The notes: generated by a model not told the origin, from the sequence alone. A stretch of DNA of 64,000 nucleotides from Eubacteriales bacterium (GCA_045585835.1 JAZMZG010000017.1:152315-216314); one strand, 5' to 3'. Counted from the stretch's first letter, positions 1 to 9,293 are shown. Numbers and translations are program-made.

Positions 1-1
1 T

Positions 2-808
2 ATGGTAGGTTACGAGGATCTTAAGGAAACCGCAATCCCCGTTCTCTGTCTTGAGGGTACGGAAGATAAGAAGCTTCTCCCCTTACCTTATCCCGGATAC
101 GTTGATAACATTCAGAATGTTGACGGCACGAATATGCTTACTGCTATGATTGCCAACAACAACGGTGTAAACGACGTTTGGATCGCAACCGCTGATGAAA
201 TCAAGTTTGAGATAAGAAAGACGGAAATTGAGCAGCTCAAGGAAATCCTTGCTTCAAGTAAGCTCACCTCCGCTGACCTCGATGCACTTAATGCTATGGA
301 CGAAGCTACACTCAAGAAGACGCTTACCAAAGCTAAAGAGCTTATCGAAGGTCTTAAATCGGGCGAAATGACCGAAGCAGGTGTTGCGGCGTTCGACAAA
401 CTTCTTTCCAAGAACGGCATTGATAACGCAGAAAAAGTTAAGGCTATGATGTTCACGGTCGGCGAGACCTTCAACATCGGATTCCCCGCACTTTTGAATC
501 TCGACGTAAGTGAGAGAGAGTATAGTGCCGCTGATACGGTTTACGTTTACAAGGTAAATGCAGACGGTACGGTTTCCGAGATTGCACAAAGAGATCTCAC
601 CGTTTACGTTGCAGACGAGATCATCACGAGAGTTGAATTTGCTGACAGCGTTATAGGCGATTACTTCGTAACGAACGCTCGCCTTGAGCTGCCTCAGCCC
701 TTCAACCCCGCAATCATTGCATACATCGCAATCGCAGTGATGGTACTTGCAATCGTCGGTCTTGTAATCTTCCTCGTTGTTAAAAACAAAAAAGAGAAGA
801 AAGCATAA
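2..808 (+). CDS. C-terminal part of a cell-surface protein with a C-terminal membrane anchor (5' end outside window)
   Basis: Frame is open from the window edge. It ends in a hydrophobic helix plus basic tail (IIAYIAIAVMVLAIVGLVIFLVV-KNKKEKKA). A hairpin terminator follows. Confidence 0.6.
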   Translation: MVGYEDLKETAIPVLCLEGTEDKKLLPLPYPGYVDNIQNVDGTNMLTAMIANNNGVNDVWIATADEIKFEIRKTEIEQLKEILASSKLTSADLDALNAMDEATLKKTLTKAKELIEGLKSGEMTEAGVAAFDKLLSKNGIDNAEKVKAMMFTVGETFNIGFPALLNLDVSEREYSAADTVYVYKVNADGTVSEIAQRDLTVYVADEIITRVEFADSVIGDYFVTNARLELPQPFNPAIIAYIAIAVMVLAIVGLVIFLVVKNKKEKKA

Positions 809-836
809 GCCGCGGCAATAAAAGCTAAACAAATTT

Positions 837-869
837 GGGCGGACCTCGAAAGAGGCCCGCCCGATTTTT
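837..869 (+). terminator. Rho-independent terminator
   Basis: GGGCGGACCTC-gaaa-GAGGCCCGCCC hairpin (one mismatch) followed by gaTTTTT. Confidence 0.75.
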
Positions 870-889
870 ATTGGTGCGATCAGTTTTTA

Positions 890-918
890 TTGACAAGCAA
901 AGAGCAATATTATATAAT
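890..918 (+). promoter_or_regulatory. Consensus sigma-A promoter
   Basis: TTGACA (890-895), 17-nt spacer, TATAAT (913-918). It lies about 40 nt upstream of ATG 956. Confidence 0.65.
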
Positions 919-955
919 ATATATGAAGATAAACTGTGAAAAAGGAGGGTTTTAT

Positions 956-3124
956 ATGGCATTTCCCAAAAAGTTTATACGCAAGCGGCTTGAGAAAAAT
1001 TTAGACCGCACAGAGTCCCTCCCACTTTCAAAGCTACGTCAAAAGCAAGACCTTTTAGGTAAGCTTCTTGCTTATACAGAACGCAAAAAATGTGCCGGAA
1101 AGGAGCTCTCTTTCCCTACTTTTAAAGCAGTATTCATATCTCCCGACGAAGAAAAATCAGACGGCGTGGTGCTATATCTGCACGGCGGCGGCTTTACTTG
1201 CGGCGGTATTGAATACGCTAAGGGATTTGCAAGCGTGATAGCGTCCGCTACGGGCATAAAAGTTTTTGCGCCTGCGTATAGGCTCGCTCCCGAATATAAA
1301 TTCCCCGCCGCTTTGGACGATTGCGAAGAAGCCTACGAATATCTGCTTTCAATCGGATATAAGCCAAGTCAGATTATATTTGCAGGTGAAAGTGCAGGTG
1401 GCGGACTTATTTATTCGCTTTGCCTCAGACTTAAAGAAAAAGGCAGAGAACTTCCCGCCGCACTCCTTGCCATATCCCCTTGGGTAGACCTTACTCAGTC
1501 GGGCAAATCATACGAGTATAACTTAAAAAACGACCCCACCCTGACAAAAGAGCGTCTTGACTTCTTTGCGGGTGCGTATACGGATGACAAAACCTATCCC
1601 CTTGTATCCCCCGTTTTCGCCGACCTTACGGGTATGCCGCCATCGCTTATTTTTTCGGGTGGCGGTGAAATAATGCTCGACGATGCAATTGTTCTTGCAA
1701 AAAAGCTCACAGAGCGCGGTTGTGAGGTGAGCCACCATATAGCGAAGGATATGTGGCACGCATACGTGCTTTACAGACTCAAAGAATATGCCGACGACTA
1801 TGAGCAGATAAAAACGTTTTTTATGCGTTTTTTGAAAGCCGCAGGCGGCGAGCAAAGCGATTGGCTCCGCCTTGACAACGCCGCTAAAATATATCCTGCC
1901 GCCAAACGACGCGATTGGACAAATCTTTTCAGGCTTTCCTTCACGTTTGACGATAATATTGACGAAAAGGTGCTAAACAGCGCTTTGGAAGTAACCGTCA
2001 AGCGTTTCCCTTCTATTGCGGTAAAGCTCGGCAAAGGGCTTTTCTGGTATTATTTGGAGAGGATTCCGAATGCACCCAAAATATCGGAGGAAAAATCTTA
2101 TCCCACCGCAAAAATGACAAATAAAGAGGTCTGCGAATGCGCATTCCGAGTAATAGCGTATAAAAACAGACTTGCGGTTGAATTTTTCCACGCACTTACC
2201 GACGGCACGGGCGGTCTTATATTCCTAAAAAGCCTTGCCGCAGAATATACCGAACAAAAATACGGTGTTAAAATCCCTTTCGAAAACGGCGTTTTGGATA
2301 GACGTGAAAATCCGTCGGAAAGCGAGCTTGAGGACAGTTTCCCAAAATACGCAGGACAGGTCAGCGCAAGCAGACGGGAGTCTACGCCTTTTCACAATAA
2401 AGGCACGAAGGAGCCCGACGGATTTATAAACCTTACTTGCTTTAAGGCACCCCTTTCACAAGTAAAAGCTGTTGCAAAAGCGCAAGGAGTAAGCATAACC
2501 GTAATTATGTGCGCCCTTATGATGCAAGCCTTTACCGAGATTCAAAACCAAGCGGTGTCCAACAAAAAGAAATATAAGCCAATAAAGGTGCTTGTGCCCG
2601 TAAACCTCAGAAGTCTTTTCCCGAGCAACACCTTACGTAATTTTGCGCTTTATATAACGCCCGAGATAAATCCCAAAATGGGCGACTACAGCTTTGAAGA
2701 AATTTGCCAAACCGTAAATCACCAAATCGCCGTTGACTTAACGCCAAAGCGTATGTGTGCAAAATTTACGACCAACGTCCTATCGGAGCAGAGCTTTATT
2801 TTAAGAATAATGCCTTTGTTTATCAAAAATATTGCAATGCGCATCGTATTTTACTTATTCGGTGAAAACAAATCCTGTATATGTATGTCAAATCTCGGCC
2901 GTTTGGAGATACCGAAAGAGCTTGAGGAGAGGATAGTAAGAGGTGATTTTATCCTCGGCAAACAAGCGGCTATACCGCACGGTTGCGGAATTATGAGCGT
3001 TGGCGATACGGTATACATCAATTTCACGCGCACGATTAAAGAAGCAAACCTCGAAAGCGCTTTCTACAGGGCTTTAAAAAATGTCGGTATCGAAGCCGAA
3101 CTTGAAAGCAACGCAAGAAACTAA
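956..3124 (+). CDS. Fusion protein: HSL-type alpha/beta-hydrolase (esterase/lipase) plus condensation/alcohol-acyltransferase-like domain
   Basis: SD AAAGGAGGG sits 6 nt before ATG 956; the TTG at 890 in the ORF track is the -35 hexamer. The N-terminal ~310 aa carry HGGGF (oxyanion), GESAGG (nucleophile elbow) and a late Asp/His (MWHAY). The C-terminal ~430 aa carry FHALTDGTGG (HxxxDG acyltransferase motif). Confidence 0.8.
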   Translation: MAFPKKFIRKRLEKNLDRTESLPLSKLRQKQDLLGKLLAYTERKKCAGKELSFPTFKAVFISPDEEKSDGVVLYLHGGGFTCGGIEYAKGFASVIASATGIKVFAPAYRLAPEYKFPAALDDCEEAYEYLLSIGYKPSQIIFAGESAGGGLIYSLCLRLKEKGRELPAALLAISPWVDLTQSGKSYEYNLKNDPTLTKERLDFFAGAYTDDKTYPLVSPVFADLTGMPPSLIFSGGGEIMLDDAIVLAKKLTERGCEVSHHIAKDMWHAYVLYRLKEYADDYEQIKTFFMRFLKAAGGEQSDWLRLDNAAKIYPAAKRRDWTNLFRLSFTFDDNIDEKVLNSALEVTVKRFPSIAVKLGKGLFWYYLERIPNAPKISEEKSYPTAKMTNKEVCECAFRVIAYKNRLAVEFFHALTDGTGGLIFLKSLAAEYTEQKYGVKIPFENGVLDRRENPSESELEDSFPKYAGQVSASRRESTPFHNKGTKEPDGFINLTCFKAPLSQVKAVAKAQGVSITVIMCALMMQAFTEIQNQAVSNKKKYKPIKVLVPVNLRSLFPSNTLRNFALYITPEINPKMGDYSFEEICQTVNHQIAVDLTPKRMCAKFTTNVLSEQSFILRIMPLFIKNIAMRIVFYLFGENKSCICMSNLGRLEIPKELEERIVRGDFILGKQAAIPHGCGIMSVGDTVYINFTRTIKEANLESAFYRALKNVGIEAELESNARN

Positions 3125-3143
3125 ACGGAAAGGAGTGTATTGT

Positions 3144-3839
3144 ATGTATTGTATAAAATGCGGCGCAAAGCTTGATGACAGCGAAGGAAAATGCCCTCTC
3201 TGCCAAACACCCGTATATAATCCGTTTATCGAAATTCCGCAAAAGGAAAGACTTTACCCCGAGCACGTGGAAAAGCGTGAAACCGTCAGCAAATTCGGCG
3301 CACTGTTTATCGTTACGACGATATTTTTGCTTGCCGTGGTTTTGACGCTCATTACCGATTTGGGCATTTCGGGAAAAATCACTTGGTCGGGATACTCCGT
3401 GACGTCCGTTTTGCTTGCGTATATCATAGCGGTTTTGCCTATGTGGTTTTCGTTTCCGAATCCCGTAATATTCGTCCCCTGTGATTTTGCGGCGGTTGCG
3501 GCTTTCTTGTGGTATATCGAATATGCTACGGGCGGCAAGTGGTTTTTTACCTTTGCTATGCCCGCAACCCTCATGCTGCTTTTGATAGTACAGCCCGTTA
3601 TCACTCTGCGCAAATATGTCAAAAAAGGCGCCCTTTACGTATACGGCGGTGCGTGTATCGGCTTTGGCGCATATCTTCTCGGCGTAGAGCTTTTTATGAA
3701 TTATACCTTCGGTATCAAAAAATTCCTTGCTTGGTCGCAATACCCGCTTATTGCGATGACGATTATAGGTATGATGCTTATTGTTATCGCAATATGTAAG
3801 CCAATGCGCGAATCATTAAAAAAGAAATTCTTTATTTGA
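3144..3839 (+). CDS. Zinc-ribbon domain membrane protein
   Basis: ATG 3144 follows GGAAAGGAG. N-terminal CIKCG...CPLCQ zinc ribbon, then about 6 hydrophobic helices. Confidence 0.7.
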   Translation: MYCIKCGAKLDDSEGKCPLCQTPVYNPFIEIPQKERLYPEHVEKRETVSKFGALFIVTTIFLLAVVLTLITDLGISGKITWSGYSVTSVLLAYIIAVLPMWFSFPNPVIFVPCDFAAVAAFLWYIEYATGGKWFFTFAMPATLMLLLIVQPVITLRKYVKKGALYVYGGACIGFGAYLLGVELFMNYTFGIKKFLAWSQYPLIAMTIIGMMLIVIAICKPMRESLKKKFFI

Positions 3840-3853
3840 ACTGATATGAAAAA

Positions 3854-4867
3854 ATGAATGTGAAAAGAATCTTGGCGTTTGTTTTAACGCTCGTAATGAC
3901 AGTAACACCTATTACCGTAAATGCCGAATCGGACGGTGATTATACTTACACGGTGCAAAACGGCGCAGCTGTGATAACCGGTGTCAGCGAGTCCCTCGGC
4001 GGCAACGTTGTTATTCCATCAACTTTGGATGAATATACCGTGGCGTCTATCGACGCCTACGCATTTTTCGATTTAAAAGATATCGAAAGCATAACTATTC
4101 CTAACGGCGTTACCAATATCGGTCCCTATGCCTTTTACGGATGCAAAAACATCAATGGCATAATTATCCCCGACAGTGTCGAGTATATCGGCGAGAATGC
4201 GTTTTACAATACGGCGTATTACAATAATGCGCAAAATTGGGAAAACGACGTGCTGTATATCGGCAGTCATTTAATAAAAGCAAAAGACACGCTTTCGGAT
4301 AACTATGAAATAAAAAACGGCACCTTGACCGTCGCAAACTTTGCGTTTTCCTTTTGCGAAGTTCTTAAATCCGTAAGTTTTCCCGAAGGCATTAAATCTA
4401 TCGGTAAAAGTGCGTTTTCTTATTGCGAAAATCTTTATAACGTAACAATTCCCGAAAGCGTTACGTATATCGGTGCGGAAGCGTTTAAAAATTGCACGGG
4501 TCTTAAAAGCGCAGTCTTTAAAAATCCGCTTGCTTGGCGTGCAGTTGATTTGGAAGATAACGTTACAAAGCTAGCGGGCGAAAGCCTTGCAAATGAAAAA
4601 ACCGCTGTGCTATATTTGACCGATACGTACAAATACTGCTACTTATTTAGGTCGGTTTCAAGCGATGCTGTCGGTGACATCGACGGCGTCGATGGAGTAA
4701 ATGCAAAAGATGCGATATATCTTTTGTATAGCATTTTCTTCGGCGAAGAAATCTATCCGTTGACAAAAGACTGCGATTTTAATAAAGACGGCAAGACCGA
4801 TACGGACGATGCTATCTACCTACTGTATCACATCTTCTTCAGCGAAGAAAACTATCCTCTCGGCTAA
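3854..4867 (+). CDS. Secreted leucine-rich-repeat (BspA/LRR_5-type) protein with C-terminal dockerin
   Basis: Signal peptide MNVKRILAFVLTLVMTVTPITVNA. Repeated units of the form IP.SV..IG..AF..C..L. The C-terminus has duplicated Ca-binding segments DIDGVDGVNAKDAIYLL and DFNKDGKTDTDDAIYLL. Confidence 0.8.
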   Translation: MNVKRILAFVLTLVMTVTPITVNAESDGDYTYTVQNGAAVITGVSESLGGNVVIPSTLDEYTVASIDAYAFFDLKDIESITIPNGVTNIGPYAFYGCKNINGIIIPDSVEYIGENAFYNTAYYNNAQNWENDVLYIGSHLIKAKDTLSDNYEIKNGTLTVANFAFSFCEVLKSVSFPEGIKSIGKSAFSYCENLYNVTIPESVTYIGAEAFKNCTGLKSAVFKNPLAWRAVDLEDNVTKLAGESLANEKTAVLYLTDTYKYCYLFRSVSSDAVGDIDGVDGVNAKDAIYLLYSIFFGEEIYPLTKDCDFNKDGKTDTDDAIYLLYHIFFSEENYPLG

Positions 4868-4873
4868 TATAAA

Positions 4874-4904
4874 AACGGCGGATGCGTTGCATCCGCCGTT
4901 TTGT
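4874..4904. terminator. Bidirectional terminator between convergent genes
   Basis: AACGGCGGATGC-gtt-GCATCCGCCGTT hairpin with an A-run upstream and a T-run downstream. Confidence 0.75.
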
Positions 4905-5635
4905 TATGTCAGTATTATCTCTCCGTCTATGTTTGCTTCAAGTTTACCGTCTTTTTCCACTATTTCGACTACCGCACCTTGTAAAAATGCTTCCGTAGAA
5001 ACCTTGTCGAGCTCTATGTATTCGCTGCCGTCATAAAAAGCTATACCGAATTGCTCGTTGTTAAAGCCGATTCTGACTATCTCTCCGGTCACAAAGTTTC
5101 TGTATTGAGAAACGTACCCGTTTTCAACGGGAATATACTCAAGGCCGGAGGTCACTATGCCGTCTACCGACTTTTTACAGCTCATATAACCGGTGTCGAT
5201 ATTGTAGCTTCCGTATATACTCTCGCGCTTAGTGCCTGTATAAGTATCGTATTCGATGTCGAAATTGCCGTTTTTATTGACGGTCACCACCGAATTGAGA
5301 TAGCCTTTTGCGTTTCCGCTATAGCTTCCGTCCGCCTTCTCGGCGTTTTGGAGAAGTGAAAGCGGTAAAAAGTCAAGGTCTATAGCAGATATTGAAAGAA
5401 GCTTTGAGCCTGCGGAAAGCGCAAGTTCTTTGCTTGAATAAACCTTCTGTGTAAAGCTTCCGAAGCGGGAGCTTTTCAGCTCCACAAATTTACTGTATGA
5501 GGAAAATATCGGCGCCTCATCATCTTTGTCTTGATTTTGCAGACCGGAGGAGGTTGAACTTACGGTCGTGCAAGAGCAAAGTATAAGCGATAAAATAAGC
5601 AACATCGCCGCCATCGCCATTGCCGCTTTTTTCAA
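4904..5635 (-). CDS. Probable lipoprotein, unknown function
   Basis: N-terminal MKKAAMAMAAMLLILSLILCSC signal with a lipobox-like motif, then a Ser/Thr/Asp-rich linker. I recognise no domain. Confidence 0.6.
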   Translation of the reverse strand: MKKAAMAMAAMLLILSLILCSCTTVSSTSSGLQNQDKDDEAPIFSSYSKFVELKSSRFGSFTQKVYSSKELALSAGSKLLSISAIDLDFLPLSLLQNAEKADGSYSGNAKGYLNSVVTVNKNGNFDIEYDTYTGTKRESIYGSYNIDTGYMSCKKSVDGIVTSGLEYIPVENGYVSQYRNFVTGEIVRIGFNNEQFGIAFYDGSEYIELDKVSTEAFLQGAVVEIVEKDGKLEANIDGEIILT

Positions 5636-5721
5636 TTAAATGCCTCCTTTTTCGCCTTTTTTCGTTATCAATATTCCATATTCGATATCATTATACCATA
5701 TATATTTATAAATTTCAATAT

Positions 5722-6423
5722 CTATTTTGTTTTTTCTACTCTTGCCAATATTTTCTCGGAAAGTAAAAAGCAAATCACCGATATTGCGGCAGTTATAACA
5801 AATATTGCAATTGCCGTAGCATAATTTTTGTTTATCAAAAAGTCTGCCGCCAAGGTCGAGCTTATTATCGACGGAATACGCGCTATCATCGTTATATACA
5901 AAAATTTTAAAATTTTGATATCGAAAAATGCAGCCGCATATATAAGCGCATCCTTCGGAAGTCCGGGAATAAAAAATATCAAAAATATTATTCTGTCACG
6001 GTGCGGGCTTTTATCAAGAACTTCAAAGCGCTTGAGCTTTCGTCCGTCCGTGATGCTTTCCACAAACCTTTTGCCGTACGATCTTGTTACGGCAAAAATA
6101 AGCGCCGTGGCAAGTAAAATTCCGATTTGAGCAAGTAAAAAGCCCCCGAGCCATCCGAAAGCCGCACCCGCAGCTATCTCCAAAGCTTCTCCCGGAATAA
6201 AAGCTATTACTACTTGAAGTGCCTGTAAAATAAGAAAAACAAGCACCGCTGTGATACCTTTGCTCTCGGCAATATTGCGTATTGTGTCGGGTTGCTTGAT
6301 TATAGTTTCAAAATACGGGCTCAAATAAATGAATATGACCGTACAGATCACAAGAAATATTACAACTCCCACGGAATTTACAAGTATGTTTGCAATTCTT
6401 GAACGTTCTCTTTGATTTTTCAA
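5722..6423 (-). CDS. TVP38/TMEM64 (DedA-related) family membrane protein
   Basis: 233-aa polytopic membrane protein. Conserved-looking segments F.PGE and FFIPGLPKDALIYAA are typical of the SNARE-associated/TVP38 family. Confidence 0.65.
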   Translation of the reverse strand: MKNQRERSRIANILVNSVGVVIFLVICTVIFIYLSPYFETIIKQPDTIRNIAESKGITAVLVFLILQALQVVIAFIPGEALEIAAGAAFGWLGGFLLAQIGILLATALIFAVTRSYGKRFVESITDGRKLKRFEVLDKSPHRDRIIFLIFFIPGLPKDALIYAAAFFDIKILKFLYITMIARIPSIISSTLAADFLINKNYATAIAIFVITAAISVICFLLSEKILARVEKTK

Positions 6424-6449
6424 AATATCTCCGTCCTGTTTTTTAACTT

Positions 6450-6479
6450 AAAAGCCTGCACCGAAAAATGCAGGCTTTT
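6450..6479 (-). terminator. Hairpin downstream of obg
   Basis: AAAAGCCTGCA-n8-TGCAGGCTTTT. The U-tract is short on the minus strand. Confidence 0.45.
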
Positions 6480-6550
6480 ATAGTATCGTTTTTTCCGCCG
6501 TATCCCATTATATTCGTTTTGTCAACAATTTATGAGCGTTTTTGCGCCTC

Positions 6551-7825
6551 TTACTTGACAAAATCAAATTCCATATCGTATACGTGTACGGTTTCGCCGT
6601 CCTCAATTCCCTTTTCCTCAAGCGCCGCGATAATACCACTGTTTTTAAGCACTCTTTGGAAGTAGTTTAGGGATTCGTAATCGTTATAGTTAATGGACAT
6701 AACTACCTTTTTAAGCCATTCCGCTTCGACGTAAAAATCACGGTTTTGCTGTCTTATCGTGAAGCTGTGGTCTTTCTCCGCCACGTCTTCGGCGTCAGCG
6801 CTTTCTTCCGCTTCGTATACCTTTACCGGCGGGAGCGTTTCAAGCTTTATACTGACTGCACGAAGAAGCTCCTTTATACCCTCTCCCGTTGCTGCTGAAA
6901 TGGGATATACCTCAATGCCATTCTCCTTGCAATAGCTTATAAGCTCCTCATAAAGCGCCTTGTCGTCTATTGCATCGCATTTGTTTGCGGCAACAATCTG
7001 CGGGCGTTTTTCAAGCTCGGCGCTGTAATTTTTAAGCTCTGCGTTGATTATCTTCATATCTTCGACGGGATCTCTTCCCTCTGTGGCTGCGGCATCGACT
7101 ACGTGAATGAGCATTCTGCATCTTTCCACGTGTCGCAAAAACTGATGTCCGAGTCCCGCGCCCTCGCTTGCGCCTTCTATAAGTCCGGGAAGGTCTGCAC
7201 AGACGAAGCTCTTTTCATCGTCCGTCTTAACTATTCCCAAGACGGGACTTTTCGTTGTGAAGTGATACCCTGCAATTTCGGGAGTTGCCGCCGATATTTT
7301 GGAAATAAGGGAGCTTTTGCCTACGCTCGGCATTCCGACAAGTCCCACATCTGCAATTACTTTAAGCTCCAAGAGAAGATTTCTTTCCTTGCCCTCAATA
7401 CCTGCTTTCGCAAATCGGGGCGTTTGTCTTGTGGGAGTTGCGAAATGCTTGTTTCCGAATCCCCCTTTTCCGCCCTTACAGATAACGACGGGCTCATCGT
7501 TTGAAATATCCGCAAGTATCTTTCCGCTGTCAGCATCCTTTATAACAGTGCCAAGCGGTACTTTTATAACGGTATTTTCGCCGTTTTTGCCGTGGAATTT
7601 TCTTCCTGCGCCGTTTGCTCCGTTTTCTGCGACAAATTTCCTCTTATACTTAAAGTCAATAAGCGAGGTCTTGCCGTAATCGGCAACGAAGATAATATCG
7701 CCGCCGCGACCGCCGTCACCGCCATCGGGACCGCCCGCCGCAACGTATTTTTCACGTCTGAAGGAAACCGCTCCGTTACCGCCGTTTCCCGCTTTTACAT
7801 AAATTTTTGTCTTATCAATAAACAT
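6551..7825 (-). CDS. obg: GTPase Obg
   Basis: N-terminal Obg fold (MFIDKTKIYVKAGNGGNGAVSFRREKY). G1 GMPSVGKSS, G3 DLPGLIEGA, G4 NKCD, and a C-terminal OCT-type domain. Confidence 0.95.
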   Translation of the reverse strand: MFIDKTKIYVKAGNGGNGAVSFRREKYVAAGGPDGGDGGRGGDIIFVADYGKTSLIDFKYKRKFVAENGANGAGRKFHGKNGENTVIKVPLGTVIKDADSGKILADISNDEPVVICKGGKGGFGNKHFATPTRQTPRFAKAGIEGKERNLLLELKVIADVGLVGMPSVGKSSLISKISAATPEIAGYHFTTKSPVLGIVKTDDEKSFVCADLPGLIEGASEGAGLGHQFLRHVERCRMLIHVVDAAATEGRDPVEDMKIINAELKNYSAELEKRPQIVAANKCDAIDDKALYEELISYCKENGIEVYPISAATGEGIKELLRAVSIKLETLPPVKVYEAEESADAEDVAEKDHSFTIRQQNRDFYVEAEWLKKVVMSINYNDYESLNYFQRVLKNSGIIAALEEKGIEDGETVHVYDMEFDFVK

Positions 7826-7827
7826 AT

Positions 7828-8436
7828 CTATTCCTTAAATTTTAAATAAGCCTCATACGCTTCTTTTGCCATTTTTTCGTGCAGCTCGTCGCCATCCGTC
7901 TTTGCCCTCTCACCGAACATCGCCGAATATATCGTACAAGCCGCAAGATACGAGCCTTTTTTTGTCGCATGCTCGTCGTCGGCTCTATATAGCTCTATAT
8001 CGGGTTCTTTATCGAAAAAGCTCCACCACGCCTCGCCTGCCGGTGCGAATGAAAAGCCCGTTTCTTTTATGAATTCAAGATATCCCTTCGTAGCTTCGCT
8101 CTGCTGTCCTCTTTCGTGTCTTCTCGGCCACGGCATATACATAACACCCTTTGCACCGCTTTGCATAACGAAGTGTGCAAGCTTCATTCCCTCACACATA
8201 AGGCTATCTTTTATAAAGGGATTCGCTCTGTGCTGAAGCACAACGTAATCGTATTTGCCGTATTTGATATTGAAAGGAGCTTCAGCGTCGTTTAAATGAT
8301 TTTCAAGGCCAACGCCTCCGTGAGCAAGCATTACGGGAAATACGTCTTTGCCGTTCCACTTACATATTCTCTTGAAAATATCGGGCATATCGTTATAGTA
8401 AACGTGGCTGTTGCCCACAAACAAAACCTTTATCAT
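7828..8436 (-). CDS. SGNH/GDSL-like hydrolase family protein
   Basis: Block I VLFVGNSH near the N-terminus and block V-like DDEHATKKG near the C-terminus. The SD for obg lies in its last codons. Confidence 0.55.
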   Translation of the reverse strand: MIKVLFVGNSHVYYNDMPDIFKRICKWNGKDVFPVMLAHGGVGLENHLNDAEAPFNIKYGKYDYVVLQHRANPFIKDSLMCEGMKLAHFVMQSGAKGVMYMPWPRRHERGQQSEATKGYLEFIKETGFSFAPAGEAWWSFFDKEPDIELYRADDEHATKKGSYLAACTIYSAMFGERAKTDGDELHEKMAKEAYEAYLKFKE

Positions 8437-9293
8437 TATTTGATATCCTCAACGACAGTGACGGGAGTATCAAGTCTTGCCGGATGGGCAAGATAATCCT
8501 TCATAAGCTTTAAGGCAGACGCAAAATAGTGTCCGTCGCAGATTCTTTCGTCAGTGCAGATATTGAAGTCAAGATACTTTCTCTCTTCAACTATACCCTC
8601 TTTGTTCATAACGAGCTGAGGACGCTTTTTGCCGTATGCAATAAATATCGGAATATTTCCGAAATCATAAAGGTGGTGGAATATCGGGGGTATTCCGAGT
8701 GAGCCCATAGAGGTTATAAACATAGATGCGTGGAAGGGGCTCAAATTCTTCAAAAAGCCGGGCAATAAGTTTATATAATCAAGGCCTCGAAGAAGCTTTA
8801 TCGCCCACTTCAAAAGAAATCCCGGTATATAGTTGAGTACTCTTGCAAGAGTATCAAAGCCGTTTTTGTCCGTATCCTCCGTTTCTCTGTTAAGCTCTAC
8901 GAGTGCTTGGAATTGGTTGTATATATCCTCGGGGGAGGCATCGGGCTTGAGCTTGAGCTTTACGCAAGTTTCCATAGCGTTGAGCTTCATAGATTTCTTT
9001 ATCATCATAGAAATAACGATACCGTCACGCCTTGCGTATATCTTATTTCCTCTGATAAATCTGTTTATGCCCGGCCTTTCGGCAACCGTTCTTACGTACG
9101 CCGAGAGCAATACGTGAAGTATACCGAAATTCTTAAGTCCGCTTTCACGCTTTTGACGCACGTAACGCTCCATATTAGCTACGTCAACGCTATCGCTCAT
9201 AAGGTTCATTGCGCCTATACGGTTTAACATAATATAGGGCGACACCTTGTTCATAGGGGGTAAGCTCTTAATTTTTCTTCCGTCTTTAGCCAT
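8436..9293 (-). CDS. Standalone 2-oxoacid-dehydrogenase E2 / CAT-like acyltransferase catalytic domain (variant active site)
   Basis: Collinear with the E2 catalytic domain: SMFITSMGSLGI matches GTFTISNLG, and NICTDERICDGHYFASALKLMKDYLAHP matches SyDHRxxDG...FL..L..lLE.P. There is no lipoyl or E3-binding domain. Confidence 0.65.
   Translation of the reverse strand: MAKDGRKIKSLPPMNKVSPYIMLNRIGAMNLMSDSVDVANMERYVRQKRESGLKNFGILHVLLSAYVRTVAERPGINRFIRGNKIYARRDGIVISMMIKKSMKLNAMETCVKLKLKPDASPEDIYNQFQALVELNRETEDTDKNGFDTLARVLNYIPGFLLKWAIKLLRGLDYINLLPGFLKNLSPFHASMFITSMGSLGIPPIFHHLYDFGNIPIFIAYGKKRPQLVMNKEGIVEERKYLDFNICTDERICDGHYFASALKLMKDYLAHPARLDTPVTVVEDIK

Noticed and set aside
890-955. TTG 890 as start of the esterase fusion gene (ORF-track start)
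   Set aside because: The TTG is the first base of a perfect TTGACA -35 hexamer. A strong SD precedes ATG 956.
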